Assembly (NCBI GenBank): GCA_964521815.1
Contig: CAZFSN010000001.1
Coordinates: 6,721-52,639 of the forward strand
DNA: 45,919 nucleotides
Direction: 5' to 3'
Source of the DNA: an uncultured Ignavibacteria bacterium
GTDB lineage: Bacteria; Zixibacteria; MSB-5A5; UBA10806; 4484-95
Every line of letters begins with the position of its first letter. The stretch's first letter is position 1. Of the stretch, positions 10,157-21,784 are shown in pieces. The translations under genes were made by a program, and so were the position numbers. The notes under the pieces are model-generated. The model saw nothing but the letters and a program-made list of their open reading frames with translations, had not been told where the DNA came from and made no database searches.

Positions 10157-10609
10157 ATGAAAAATAGCGGCATTAATATGTCTCAGATGATGGATGGGTT
10201 CAAAAAAGTTTGCAAAACTAAAGGCCTTCGCATAACTCATCAAAGAACTGAGGTCTTCAGAGCTCTTATTCAACATGCAAATCACTCCACAACTGAAGAT
10301 ATTTTCAATCAGGTACGTAAGCATCTAAAGACGATTTCGCTGGATACTGTTTATCGGACCATCGGGACTTTCGAAAAATGCGGCCTGATTAAAAAAGTTC
10401 ACCTTATCGATAACACGACACGTTTTGATCATAACTTATCAAATCATCATCATCTTGTTTGTTCTAAGTGCAGTAAGATAGAAGATTTCTATTGGCCTGA
10501 TTTTGACCAGATGAAACCGCCGATATCTATTTCTCATTGGAGCAACATAGGTGCCAGGCATGTTGTAATCGATGGTTTATGTTCGAGTTGTAGTAAGAAG
10601 AATAAGTAA
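10157..10609 (+). CDS. Fur-family metalloregulator (PerR-like by context)
   Basis: 150 aa. It has a winged-helix N-terminus (ITHQRTEVFRALI), HHHLVCSKCSK and CSSC (a Cys4 site). It lies directly upstream of katG. The start may be Met8 or Met11. Confidence 0.85.
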   Translation: MKNSGINMSQMMDGFKKVCKTKGLRITHQRTEVFRALIQHANHSTTEDIFNQVRKHLKTISLDTVYRTIGTFEKCGLIKKVHLIDNTTRFDHNLSNHHHLVCSKCSKIEDFYWPDFDQMKPPISISHWSNIGARHVVIDGLCSSCSKKNK

Positions 10610-10703
10610 TATTGATGGCATGAAACATTAACTTAATTATGTACTCTAATTAGAATAATGACTAAATTGAACAATATACTTTGTACAACATAACCCCTTA
10701 TAA

Positions 10704-12932
<2,229 letters not shown>

Positions 12933-12954
12933 GCGATTTAGATATCTAATGTAA

Positions 12955-12987
12955 AAGGAGGTCGAAAATACAGACCTCCTTTTTTAG
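12955..12987 (+). terminator. Rho-independent terminator after katG
   Basis: Stem AAAGGAGGTC (12955-12964), 9-nt loop, stem GACCTCCTTT (12974-12983), followed by a T run. Confidence 0.75.
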
Positions 12988-13705
12988 CTGTTCAATGATC
13001 ATAGTTTCAATTTGTCGGCCAATTGGGAAAAATAGCGGGCAAGGGATTTGCTCGGTAGTTTATCTCGCCGAAGCGGGAGGTTATGAGCTTGCTTAGGTGT
13101 TCTAATACCAGAAAGCACCAAACGCTAACCTGTAAAGTTAACAAAGCGTTTCGGCGAGCCCAATATTTGGTGTTTTCTCTTATTTTTTTTGCTTTTGTCA
13201 AATTTATTATACTTGATAACGTTTTGAAATACGACTGGTTATCTATTCCATCTGGTTTTATATTTTTTTACCTCTTTTGATCTTAACATGGTACAAATAT
13301 GGCACAAGCAACATAGGTAAACTATAATTTATATGTCAATCATATTATCCGTTGGCCCCCCCATAGTATTCTAATAAAAGCCACCTCTCAAATCAAACCC
13401 TCAATCTGTTCTAAAAGCTTTAAAGATTAATAATAGCTCGGAAGCACAGGACCATGTAAAACCTGATCAATCTTCAGCGCAATTACCTGGCCTGTGGGCT
13501 TGAGCGAGTGATTGGTTAGTATTTTGAATAATGCAATAACCAGAGATACTATTAATTTGGGGATAATTCAATCTGATCGTTTTTTTTCATGGCCGGAACA
13601 GGGGAATTTTAAGCAAGGGGAATGAAATCAAAATGCAAATATTAAAATCAAGATAAATTCAAAATCCGAAGAAATCGATTTAATTTGAAATTTCTACAAC
13701 TTATT

Positions 13706-14521
13706 TCATCTAAACTTAATTTCAATATCTTTTATGATATCTACTTCTGACAAGGCCGATCGTATATCTTGCTCAAGAATGCTGCTATCGCCGGGTGGAA
13801 AATGCCCGTCAATTAATATTTTCGAAGTGGACGAATCGGCTACCACCTCTATATCCATTGTCTTAGTTTTGGGGAATCTCATGAGATTAGCTTTCACAAC
13901 ACTCGCCAGATGTATATCCTTCAAAGATTTCATGGATTCCTGAGTCGGCTGAAATTGTTCCTTTTTGACCTCGTTAACAACCAATTCAATCGCATCATCG
14001 ATACTTACCCTCTCTAAATTCAAAACCAGGTCGAAGAAAATAGGATTAAAAACTTCGGCATCATAAAGGAATTGCACCCAGAGCCTTCTCCTGTAGTCCA
14101 TATCCTTTATCCTTTCAATTGCCTTTTCTCTGGGAATTACCATTTCATCCATTAAGGGTTTAACTCGATTCTCAATCGGAGCATTTACCCTGACCCTGAG
14201 AACAAAAGGGACATCGTTGAGAAGGACATGAGCAAGGTTTCCATGATAAATAATTGAACCCCGCAATGCAAAATCCAACAATGCTGTTTTAAAGCAAATG
14301 AGATAGTGCATTCTTTCATTGGCGTGTTCATGCCAGTAACCCGGTGGGTGCGATTCCATAATATCTTTCTCGCCCAGGCCGGTTTCTTCTATCCCGTAGC
14401 GTTTGGCGGCTTCGATCACTTCCTCGCGGCTGATGATCGTATAACCCAATCGCTCCTTAAGTCCTTCTGCCAGCTTTTTCGTGGCATAAAGCGAGCCCCT
14501 TGATATTGCTATGACAGACAT
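13706..14521 (-). CDS. Cytidylate-kinase-like (Cytidylate_kin2-type) family protein with a degenerate P-loop
   Basis: 271 aa. N-terminus MSVIAISRGSLYATKKLAEGLKERLGY resembles the family start ..ItISRe.GSGG.., but the glycine-rich loop is not conserved. Confidence 0.45.
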   Translation of the reverse strand: MSVIAISRGSLYATKKLAEGLKERLGYTIISREEVIEAAKRYGIEETGLGEKDIMESHPPGYWHEHANERMHYLICFKTALLDFALRGSIIYHGNLAHVLLNDVPFVLRVRVNAPIENRVKPLMDEMVIPREKAIERIKDMDYRRRLWVQFLYDAEVFNPIFFDLVLNLERVSIDDAIELVVNEVKKEQFQPTQESMKSLKDIHLASVVKANLMRFPKTKTMDIEVVADSSTSKILIDGHFPPGDSSILEQDIRSALSEVDIIKDIEIKFR

Positions 14522-14729
14522 ATCTGCATCCTTTCATTTATTTAGAAACTTTTTATATTTTCTCCGTTCCTGTAAGAAAAAATAATCTACATCTCCGCTC
14601 TCATATACCCTAAGTTAAATGAACATCATTAATTGCTCACATCATATTATTCCCGACAAGCGCCAACTTATCAGCAAATCGGTTTATCGATTGTTACGTT
14701 AATGGATATACAATTCACTTTCTTTCCAA

Positions 14730-15104
14730 TCAGTAGGTCATTACATTGGTTGCCGCCAGTATCTCCATGACCGCCCTGGCTGCTTTAACCGGCTGGGCTA
14801 TTTTCACCAGCATGTCCGGTGTTATTTTACGTTCCTGAATGCATGGAGTACAAATAAGAAGCGTCCCGCCTTGCTCGATGAATGATAGCATCAGGTCTTT
14901 CAGGGGGGGCAATCCTGCCGCAAACACATGTTCATAACAACCTTCCTTAGCGATATAAACTGCTGAACCCTGGAGCATAATTGTTACTTGTACCTCCATG
15001 ACAAGAGCCGCATTGCCAATGACAAAGGGCAAACATGCACGCTCAGGATCTTCGGGGCCGTGCGTTCCAAAGATTAAAATTTTCTCTGATTTCTCTTCGT
15101 TCAT
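14730..15104 (-). CDS. DsrE/DsrF-family sulfur-relay-like protein
   Basis: 124 aa. It has the DsrE-like fold signature (ILIFGTHGPEDPERACLPFVIGNAA.., LLICTPCIQER). It is the last gene of the Hdr-type operon. Confidence 0.7.
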   Translation of the reverse strand: MNEEKSEKILIFGTHGPEDPERACLPFVIGNAALVMEVQVTIMLQGSAVYIAKEGCYEHVFAAGLPPLKDLMLSFIEQGGTLLICTPCIQERKITPDMLVKIAQPVKAARAVMEILAATNVMTY

Positions 15105-15178
15105 AGTTCACCTCTAAATTTACTCGGGGCGTTTTTTCATAGAAAGAAATTAGACTTTAAAATAAAATTTATCGTTTT

Positions 15179-16171
15179 CTATGTCCGCATTTCCTCTACT
15201 TTCTGGAATTCTCCGCAGTAGGCTTCCACCAAATATTCGGAAATATCTTTAATCTCGATTACTTTATTTCCAGCGGCGTGCTTGAGATTCACGAGGCAAA
15301 TAGGGCACATGGCGACAATATTACCTCCTGCTGAGGCAAGCTGTTCTACCCTTTTTTTAGCAATTGCTTGAGCTTTGCCGGGGAAAAACGACTCAATCGG
15401 TCCACCGCAGCAATGCGTTAGCATTCCGGCGTACTCCGGTTCGATGATAGTTGCTCCTGCTTTCTTCAATAATTGACGCGGCTCTTCGATAATGTGCTCG
15501 TAACGAGCGTAAACACAGGAATCATGAATGGTTATATTCATATCGAGAGCCCGCAGCACCTCCAAATTTTTTGCGGAGAGTTCTTCCAGATAACTTTTCA
15601 CTTCTACTTCGTAGCCTCCAATGTATTTTGGGTATACGTTCCTGAGCATATTTGTAGTGTGTGGGTCGACTGTAATAATAGTTTTGACTCCGTTACGCTT
15701 AAAAACCTCAAACACTCGCTGGGCATGCAACTTAAAAGCATCATCCGCGCCCTCATCGTGAATGAGCGCGCCGGAATACATTTCATCTTCATATAGATAT
15801 CCGAACTGAACGCCTGCCGTTCGGAGCAGTTTGGCAATATTACGCAAGATATTGTTGTAATAGTGTTTTTCCGCAGAATTGGAACGTGCCATAAACCAGG
15901 CGAGGTTAATGAATTTATTCGCAATCCGACCCAGGCCAAAGAATTTCGTGATCCAGGAGTTTTCGAAAAGCGCCATTTGCGCGGCCAACGTTGAAATAGC
16001 CGGCATTAGCTGATACATATGTCCGGTATAAATAATAGTTTCCCCGCCTTTTGGTATGTTCAATCCTTTGGCCCACCAGGTTGTAACGCCAGCGGATAAT
16101 TTCAAGACGCTTTTTCTTTTTAGCAAGTTATCGACCAATATTCCCAGAATGTGTTTCGTAGGTAACGGCAT
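15179..16171 (-). CDS. HdrB-like CCG-domain Fe-S protein; only the C-terminal CCG half retains its cysteines
   Basis: 330 aa. The C-terminal half has HDSCVYAR, THCCGGP and MCPICLVNL. The N-terminal half has no equivalent Cys (TGHMYQL, YSGALIHDEG, TVDPHTTNML). It starts 3 nt after the HdrC-like ORF. Confidence 0.8.
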   Translation of the reverse strand: MPLPTKHILGILVDNLLKRKSVLKLSAGVTTWWAKGLNIPKGGETIIYTGHMYQLMPAISTLAAQMALFENSWITKFFGLGRIANKFINLAWFMARSNSAEKHYYNNILRNIAKLLRTAGVQFGYLYEDEMYSGALIHDEGADDAFKLHAQRVFEVFKRNGVKTIITVDPHTTNMLRNVYPKYIGGYEVEVKSYLEELSAKNLEVLRALDMNITIHDSCVYARYEHIIEEPRQLLKKAGATIIEPEYAGMLTHCCGGPIESFFPGKAQAIAKKRVEQLASAGGNIVAMCPICLVNLKHAAGNKVIEIKDISEYLVEAYCGEFQKVEEMRT

Positions 16172-16174
16172 GAT

Positions 16175-16486
16175 TTACGTCCTCGCTAAACCAAAATATT
16201 TTTTATTAATATAACCACGAAGAATCCTTACATTATCAGCGATCTTGACATCGGCGGGGCAGTTTTGTTCGCACATTTTGCATAAAAGACAGGAGTATAT
16301 TGTCTCCTGATTTTCCAGTACTTTCTTCTCTATTCCCAAAACCACGTAGCGGAATAGCTGTCTGGGCAGAAGATCGAGTCCCATCGGGCAAATAGCGGTA
16401 CAAACACCGCAGTTCATGCATGCAAAAGCATTGAACGATTTCGTGTTTTTTATCTCATCCATAAATTTTGAATCAGTTCCAGCCAT
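16175..16486 (-). CDS. HdrC-like 2x[4Fe-4S] ferredoxin-type subunit
   Basis: 103 aa. Motifs CMNCGVCTAICP and CLLCKMCEQNCP. Confidence 0.8.
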   Translation of the reverse strand: MAGTDSKFMDEIKNTKSFNAFACMNCGVCTAICPMGLDLLPRQLFRYVVLGIEKKVLENQETIYSCLLCKMCEQNCPADVKIADNVRILRGYINKKYFGLART

Positions 16487-16495
16487 GATGTACTC

Positions 16496-16735
16496 CTATT
16501 TGGTCAGTCGATATTTAAAATAGCCCTCGGCGTTCGGTTTACCGGTTTCCTCGAGATAACCATATCTCCACATTGCCATAACCCAAATCATGACATCATA
16601 ACCGGGATAATTAAGGGCTTCGGCAATTTCCGGAATTGTCCTTGGCGATTCATTCAGTTGGGAAATTATCCTGTCTCTCATAATCATTTCATCCCTCATA
16701 ATCTCGGCAATGTTTCGATCAGTTTGGTTTCTCAT
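16496..16735 (-). CDS. Small conserved-looking protein of unknown function (possible winged-helix fold) embedded in the Hdr operon
   Basis: 79 aa. Its start overlaps the upstream stop (TGATG, 16733-16737). It ends 9 nt before the HdrC-like ORF. I recognise no motif. Confidence 0.6.
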   Translation of the reverse strand: MRNQTDRNIAEIMRDEMIMRDRIISQLNESPRTIPEIAEALNYPGYDVMIWVMAMWRYGYLEETGKPNAEGYFKYRLTK

Positions 16736-18459
16736 CAGTTGACCTCTTTTATGAGTGAATCTATCATTGATGTTATCTGAAGGTCTGTATACCCCTCTAT
16801 GTCAATTGCGTTTTGAGGACAAACGGGCACGCAGGCGCCCTCGCCTTTGCATGAAGCGGGCACGACTCGAGCTACTTCTTTGCTCCCAATGGATATTTTT
16901 TCAACCGCATCATAAGGGCAGGCCCTGGTACACTCATCGCACCAAACGCATAGCTCGGGATTTATTCTCGCAATAAGAGGTTCCAGGTCAACGTAGCCTT
17001 TCATGAGCAAGGCCGCGCTTTTGGCAACTGCCGCCATTGAAGAAGCTACGCTTTCGGCCAGTGTTTTGGGTCCCTGGGATGCGCCGGCAATGAACACTCC
17101 ATTAATAACTGTCTCGACCGGCCTGAGTTTGGGGTGAATTTCATTAAAAAAACCATCCTTACCAATCGGGAGTTTTAATACATTATTAAGTTGCTTGTTT
17201 AACCTGGGAACCATTCCCGTGACAAGTACAAGCAGATCGACTTCGATATCAAATTCTTCGCCACCGGTCAGCTGGTCCCTCACCCTTATACATACTTTAT
17301 TATCTATCGATTTAACTTCGGGCCGATCATCATCAGCATACTTAATGAAAATCGCCCCCCTATTAAGACTTTCAGTATATAGAAGTTCATACCTGCCATA
17401 CGTCCTCATGTCGCGGTATAAATGGTATTGATGAATATCCTGGTTTTTTTCCGCCACACAAAGGGAGGTATGAACCGTAGCGGTACAGCAATATCTTGAG
17501 CAATAAAGATTAGGATTTTCCATCTCAGGCGATTGGCGGCTGCCGACACAATAAATATAGGCAATGTCTTTAACTTCGCGCTCCTGAAAACCAAGAGATC
17601 CGTTGGAATTATCTATTAGCTGCTTGAACTCGGGAAATGTGACAACCCTCTCTTGACCATAGCCAAACTCACCCTCAGCAGGTTTATATGATTCAAAACC
17701 GGTAGCGACAATTATCGAGCCGACATTTAGAGAAATAACCTCTTTATCCTTGATTTGCACAACTACCGAGAAATTACCGATATTGCCGGCTTTTTCTGCA
17801 AGTTCAGCATTAGTGAAAATCGTGATATTGTCGCGCTGTTTCGCTTCATCAACAAGGGTTCCAATGAGATCACCGCCTTTATGATTGGCGGAAAACATCC
17901 GGCCGAATTTCGCTGTCCAGCCGCCAACTTCGGATTCCTTCTCGATTACAAAAACAGCAAAACCCATATCAGCCAGTGATAGCGCAGCCCGCAATCCAGC
18001 CACGCCAGCGCCGATTACCAGCACCTTAGGCGTTGTTTCGATTCTCAAGTTCACTAAGGGCCTGGTCAAGGTGCACTTTGCTATTCCGGCCCTGACAAGC
18101 CTTATACCCTTTTCGGTAGCCAAATCTTTTTCATGCTGATGAACCCAGGAATTCTGTTCTCTGAGGTTGACTTGCACATACTGATACGGGTTCAATCCCG
18201 CCCGTTCCGCCATAGCCCGGAATGTATAAAGGTGCAATTTTGGCGAACAGGACGCGATCACCAGGCCATCGAGGTTATTAATCCTGATATCCTCAATCAT
18301 TTCCTGTTGACTAGCATCCGAACAGGCAAACATGGATGTCTTAGCAACTACTACTCCCTGATCATTGCTTATTGCATCTCTAATTTTTTCGACATCCACG
18401 TAGTCTGAGATATTTCCGCCGCAGTAACAGATATATACGCCGATTTTTCTATAAGTCAT
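16735..18459 (-). CDS. HdrA-type flavoprotein (classical architecture)
   Basis: 574 aa. It has the N-terminal Cys domain (IGVYICYCGGNISDYVDV), an FAD fold (VLVIGAGVAGLRAA), YCVGSR..YCSRYCC, and a C-terminal CVWCDECTRACP / CKGEGACVPVCP pair. There is an ATGA overlap with the upstream gene. Confidence 0.85.
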   Translation of the reverse strand: MTYRKIGVYICYCGGNISDYVDVEKIRDAISNDQGVVVAKTSMFACSDASQQEMIEDIRINNLDGLVIASCSPKLHLYTFRAMAERAGLNPYQYVQVNLREQNSWVHQHEKDLATEKGIRLVRAGIAKCTLTRPLVNLRIETTPKVLVIGAGVAGLRAALSLADMGFAVFVIEKESEVGGWTAKFGRMFSANHKGGDLIGTLVDEAKQRDNITIFTNAELAEKAGNIGNFSVVVQIKDKEVISLNVGSIIVATGFESYKPAEGEFGYGQERVVTFPEFKQLIDNSNGSLGFQEREVKDIAYIYCVGSRQSPEMENPNLYCSRYCCTATVHTSLCVAEKNQDIHQYHLYRDMRTYGRYELLYTESLNRGAIFIKYADDDRPEVKSIDNKVCIRVRDQLTGGEEFDIEVDLLVLVTGMVPRLNKQLNNVLKLPIGKDGFFNEIHPKLRPVETVINGVFIAGASQGPKTLAESVASSMAAVAKSAALLMKGYVDLEPLIARINPELCVWCDECTRACPYDAVEKISIGSKEVARVVPASCKGEGACVPVCPQNAIDIEGYTDLQITSMIDSLIKEVN

Positions 18460-21245
18460 GACCTGATTTTCACCCTTTCCATGTATGCCGCTGCCTGGGC
18501 TACCGCGGCACCCGAGTGGACTATGCTATCGGGAATATCCCTGGGGGCAGAGGCTGCCCCGGCCACGAATACCCCATCCACACTAGTTTTGCCGGGATTT
18601 ATGTCTTCATCTACTTCTCTAATATAGCCCTGCAAATCATCCTCAACATTGCAGTTGCTAAACATCTGTTTAAAATCAACATTGGCCGAGAAACCGGTTG
18701 AGAGAACCACCAGATCGTGTTCTGCCTGTTTCAAACCGCCGTTCCCATTAATGCTTTCATACTGCAGATTGAGGTTACCGTTTTCCAGCTCATGAATTTG
18801 TGCAACTCTGCCTTTGACGAAGTACACTCCCATCCCCTTAGCCTGCTCATAAAACTCATCGTAACCTTTGCCGAATGCTCTGATATCAATATAGTAAATG
18901 GTTACATCCGCAAGAGGTAGAGCCCCCATGATCAGTTGTGCCTGTTTTATCGAATACATACAACAAACCCTGGAGCATATTGGATTACCGATTAAGCAAT
19001 CCCGTGATCCGGCACACAAAACATAGGCAATATTATCAGGCGCTTTACCGTCAGAAGGTCGAATTACATGATTATAAGGCCTGGTTGGGGCCAGAATACG
19101 ATCCATTTGCATGGCTGTAATGACATTGGGATACTTCCCATAGCCATAGGTCGGTTTTCGATGAGCATCAAAAAGGTTAAACCCTGTTGAAATAATTACA
19201 GATTTTACCTCAAAACTCCGCTCTTCATCACCCAGGGTAAAATCAATAGCATTCGCCGGGCAGGCTTTTACACATTCATGGCATTCAGAACAGATACCGC
19301 AATCAAGGCATCGGTTAGCTTCGTAGCGCGTCGCCTCTTCTGTTAAAGGAACCTCTACCTCCGCCATATTGCGAATACGCTCAGCAACGGGGAGTTCCCG
19401 TTTCTCGACGGGCATGCGACTGGACAATGGCTTTCGAGGTATTTCTTCTCCGACTACAGGAGGCTGATAATCGCCTGGGGAACCGTTACCATCATTATCA
19501 TTATTGGATTGAAACCGCGAGAGCACAGAGGAAGCCGTCGGGGGCGGAAGTCTCTTATCGAATGCAATTCCGTCGAGCGATTCGTCTTTTAGAAATCTAT
19601 CAATATAAAATGCCGCCCGCTTTCCCTGACCGATCGCGCTGACAATCATGGACGGTCCGGTAACAGCATCACCCCCCGCAAAAACCGATGATTGAGATGT
19701 TTGGAGAGTTTCCTTATTTACCAGAATTGTGCCATTGCGGTTAAGCTCTAATTCTGAGGCGAAAGGCGAAGTGCTTGGTTTCAAGCCTATAGCAATTATC
19801 GCCAGGTCAACAGGAATGATATGTTCGGAGCCGGACACCGGTATTGGCCGCCGGCGGCCACTTTCGTCGAGCTCGCCAAGTTCCATGGCTAAGCTCTCCA
19901 CTGCTTCCAGATGATCGTTTTCCCCCAGAAATCGTACAGGATTCTTGAGTACCTGAAGCTCGACTCCCTCTTCCAGGGCTGCTGTGACTTCCCAGTCGTG
20001 TGCCGGCATCTCCGCCCGGCTCCGACGGTATTGGATAATGACCTTATCGGCCCCCAAGCGGATTGCCACTCTGGCAGGATCAATAGCTGAATTGCCCCCA
20101 CCGATCACCATGACTGTTTTTCCGCTCAGGTTCATATTATTGGATGAGTTAGCCTGTTTAAGAAATGTCATACAATCAGTAACGCCATTTAACTCTTCAC
20201 CCTTGATGGCCATTTTCATTCCTTCCATTGTTCCCAGGGCAAGAAAAGTAGCATCGAAGCCTTTATTCCCGAGCGATTCCAGGGAACTGATGGGTGAGTC
20301 GGTTTCAATCGATACACCAAGGGCAGTAATGTTTTTTATATCCCGATCTACAACATCATTAGGCAAACGGTAGGCTGGTATCCCATATCGCAGCATACCT
20401 CCCGGCCTGGCTGCCGACTCGAAAATCGTTACTCGATATCCATTTCGCGCCAGATGGTAAGCTGCCGAAAGACCTGCCGGTCCCGAACCGACCACAGCTA
20501 TTTTTTTATCTTTAATTTCTTCAGGGGGCCCGTATTCCGGTTGGGGATGGTTTGCATAGTAACGGTCAGCTAAGAAGCGCTTAATCGCTCGAATCGGTAC
20601 GGTTCCCTCAAGATTGCCTCTGGTACATTCTTCCTCACAGGGAGCATAGCAAGCTCGGCTCAAGCAGCCGGGAAGCGGGGCATCCTCCATATGCAGATGG
20701 AATGCCTCATCGTACTTTCCCCGGCGAATTAACGATACATAGCCATGGGCTTTGACTCCCGCCGGGCAGGCGAAAGAACAGGGAGAAGTCCCATCTCGTT
20801 CCATTACTGCCTTCTTGGGAACAGCTTGAGGGAAAGGAATATGTATAGCTCGATGAGCAACGAGATCGAAATTATATGGATCAACCGTTGCTACCGTGCA
20901 CGCCAACTCACATTCTCCGCAACCGGTGCAAGCTGTGGAATTTACATAAATCGATTTTTTTCGCAATCTAACCAGGAAACTACCGTTGTCTTGCTTGTTA
21001 ATCTCTTCTATTTCGCTGGACGTGGATACAGTAATATTAGGATGATGAGCAGTTGAAGCCATTTTCGGCGTGGATATGCAGCTGGCACAGTCGAGTGTCG
21101 GAAAAACTTTGCTCAAAAGAACCATTTTACCACCGATGCTGGCTTGTTTTTCCACCAACAGCACTTTATACCCCATATCCCCCAGCGTCAGGGACGATTC
21201 CATCCCTGCTATGCCGCCACCTACAACCAGTACATCATAGTCCAT
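18456..21245 (-). CDS. Mosaic HdrA-type flavoprotein with an inserted GltD/NfnB-type NAD(P)H-binding Fe-S flavoprotein module (HdrL-like)
   Basis: 929 aa. The HdrA parts are VLVVGGGIAG, CTGCGECELAC, and later CLDCGICSECHECVKACP, CAGSRD..CSRVCCMY, FVAGAA. The insert is CSFACPAG..RACYAPCEEEC, VVGSGPAGLSAA, IGGGNSAID, FAGGD. Confidence 0.85.
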   Translation of the reverse strand: MDYDVLVVGGGIAGMESSLTLGDMGYKVLLVEKQASIGGKMVLLSKVFPTLDCASCISTPKMASTAHHPNITVSTSSEIEEINKQDNGSFLVRLRKKSIYVNSTACTGCGECELACTVATVDPYNFDLVAHRAIHIPFPQAVPKKAVMERDGTSPCSFACPAGVKAHGYVSLIRRGKYDEAFHLHMEDAPLPGCLSRACYAPCEEECTRGNLEGTVPIRAIKRFLADRYYANHPQPEYGPPEEIKDKKIAVVGSGPAGLSAAYHLARNGYRVTIFESAARPGGMLRYGIPAYRLPNDVVDRDIKNITALGVSIETDSPISSLESLGNKGFDATFLALGTMEGMKMAIKGEELNGVTDCMTFLKQANSSNNMNLSGKTVMVIGGGNSAIDPARVAIRLGADKVIIQYRRSRAEMPAHDWEVTAALEEGVELQVLKNPVRFLGENDHLEAVESLAMELGELDESGRRRPIPVSGSEHIIPVDLAIIAIGLKPSTSPFASELELNRNGTILVNKETLQTSQSSVFAGGDAVTGPSMIVSAIGQGKRAAFYIDRFLKDESLDGIAFDKRLPPPTASSVLSRFQSNNDNDGNGSPGDYQPPVVGEEIPRKPLSSRMPVEKRELPVAERIRNMAEVEVPLTEEATRYEANRCLDCGICSECHECVKACPANAIDFTLGDEERSFEVKSVIISTGFNLFDAHRKPTYGYGKYPNVITAMQMDRILAPTRPYNHVIRPSDGKAPDNIAYVLCAGSRDCLIGNPICSRVCCMYSIKQAQLIMGALPLADVTIYYIDIRAFGKGYDEFYEQAKGMGVYFVKGRVAQIHELENGNLNLQYESINGNGGLKQAEHDLVVLSTGFSANVDFKQMFSNCNVEDDLQGYIREVDEDINPGKTSVDGVFVAGAASAPRDIPDSIVHSGAAVAQAAAYMERVKIRS

Positions 21246-21337
21246 AAGAAGTCACCTTCCGTTGCGCGAATCGAATTCGAATCTTTGGGATTATTATTGT
21301 TAAATGGCAAAGCATAACATTCACTTTGCTTTTCTGT

Positions 21338-21784
21338 TCATTGCACATTGATTTTCATAAGTGCTTCTTGAAATTTTTCCATGTGAGACTGAAATGATTC
21401 TGCACAGACTGAGCAAATTGCTGCCATTTTAAGCCTTTTTGGATCATGGCCATGCTCTTCAAGCAACAATTGCGCCTTTTTGACTATTTCGCCAGTTCTT
21501 TTAGTGCAATCAGGCAGATAGGCGCAATCTGTTCCATCCGCAGCAATAAAAATCCCATCGAATCCTGCCTCTATTGCGTGCAGTACCCATGAAGGCCTAA
21601 TACCGCTGGAACACGGGACAGGTATTACCATAATAGATGGTGAATAAGGCATATGTGAGCCCCCGGCCAAGTCAATTCCCGGATCGGAAATATTATTGGT
21701 AGAGAAAACCAATATTTTGGGCTTGTTGCCGACAGTTTGCGTAGCTTGCAACATTATTTCATCCGGCGCACAAAGATCCGCCAA
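21338..21784 (-). CDS. MvhD-like (methyl-viologen-reducing hydrogenase delta subunit family) Fe-S protein
   Basis: 148 aa. Motifs: KILVFSTNN, VPCSSGIRPSWVLHAIEAGFDGIFIAADGTDCAY. A more likely start is Met11 at 21754, which gives a TAATG overlap with the TusA-like stop. Confidence 0.8.
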   Translation of the reverse strand: MADLCAPDEIMLQATQTVGNKPKILVFSTNNISDPGIDLAGGSHMPYSPSIMVIPVPCSSGIRPSWVLHAIEAGFDGIFIAADGTDCAYLPDCTKRTGEIVKKAQLLLEEHGHDPKRLKMAAICSVCAESFQSHMEKFQEALMKINVQ

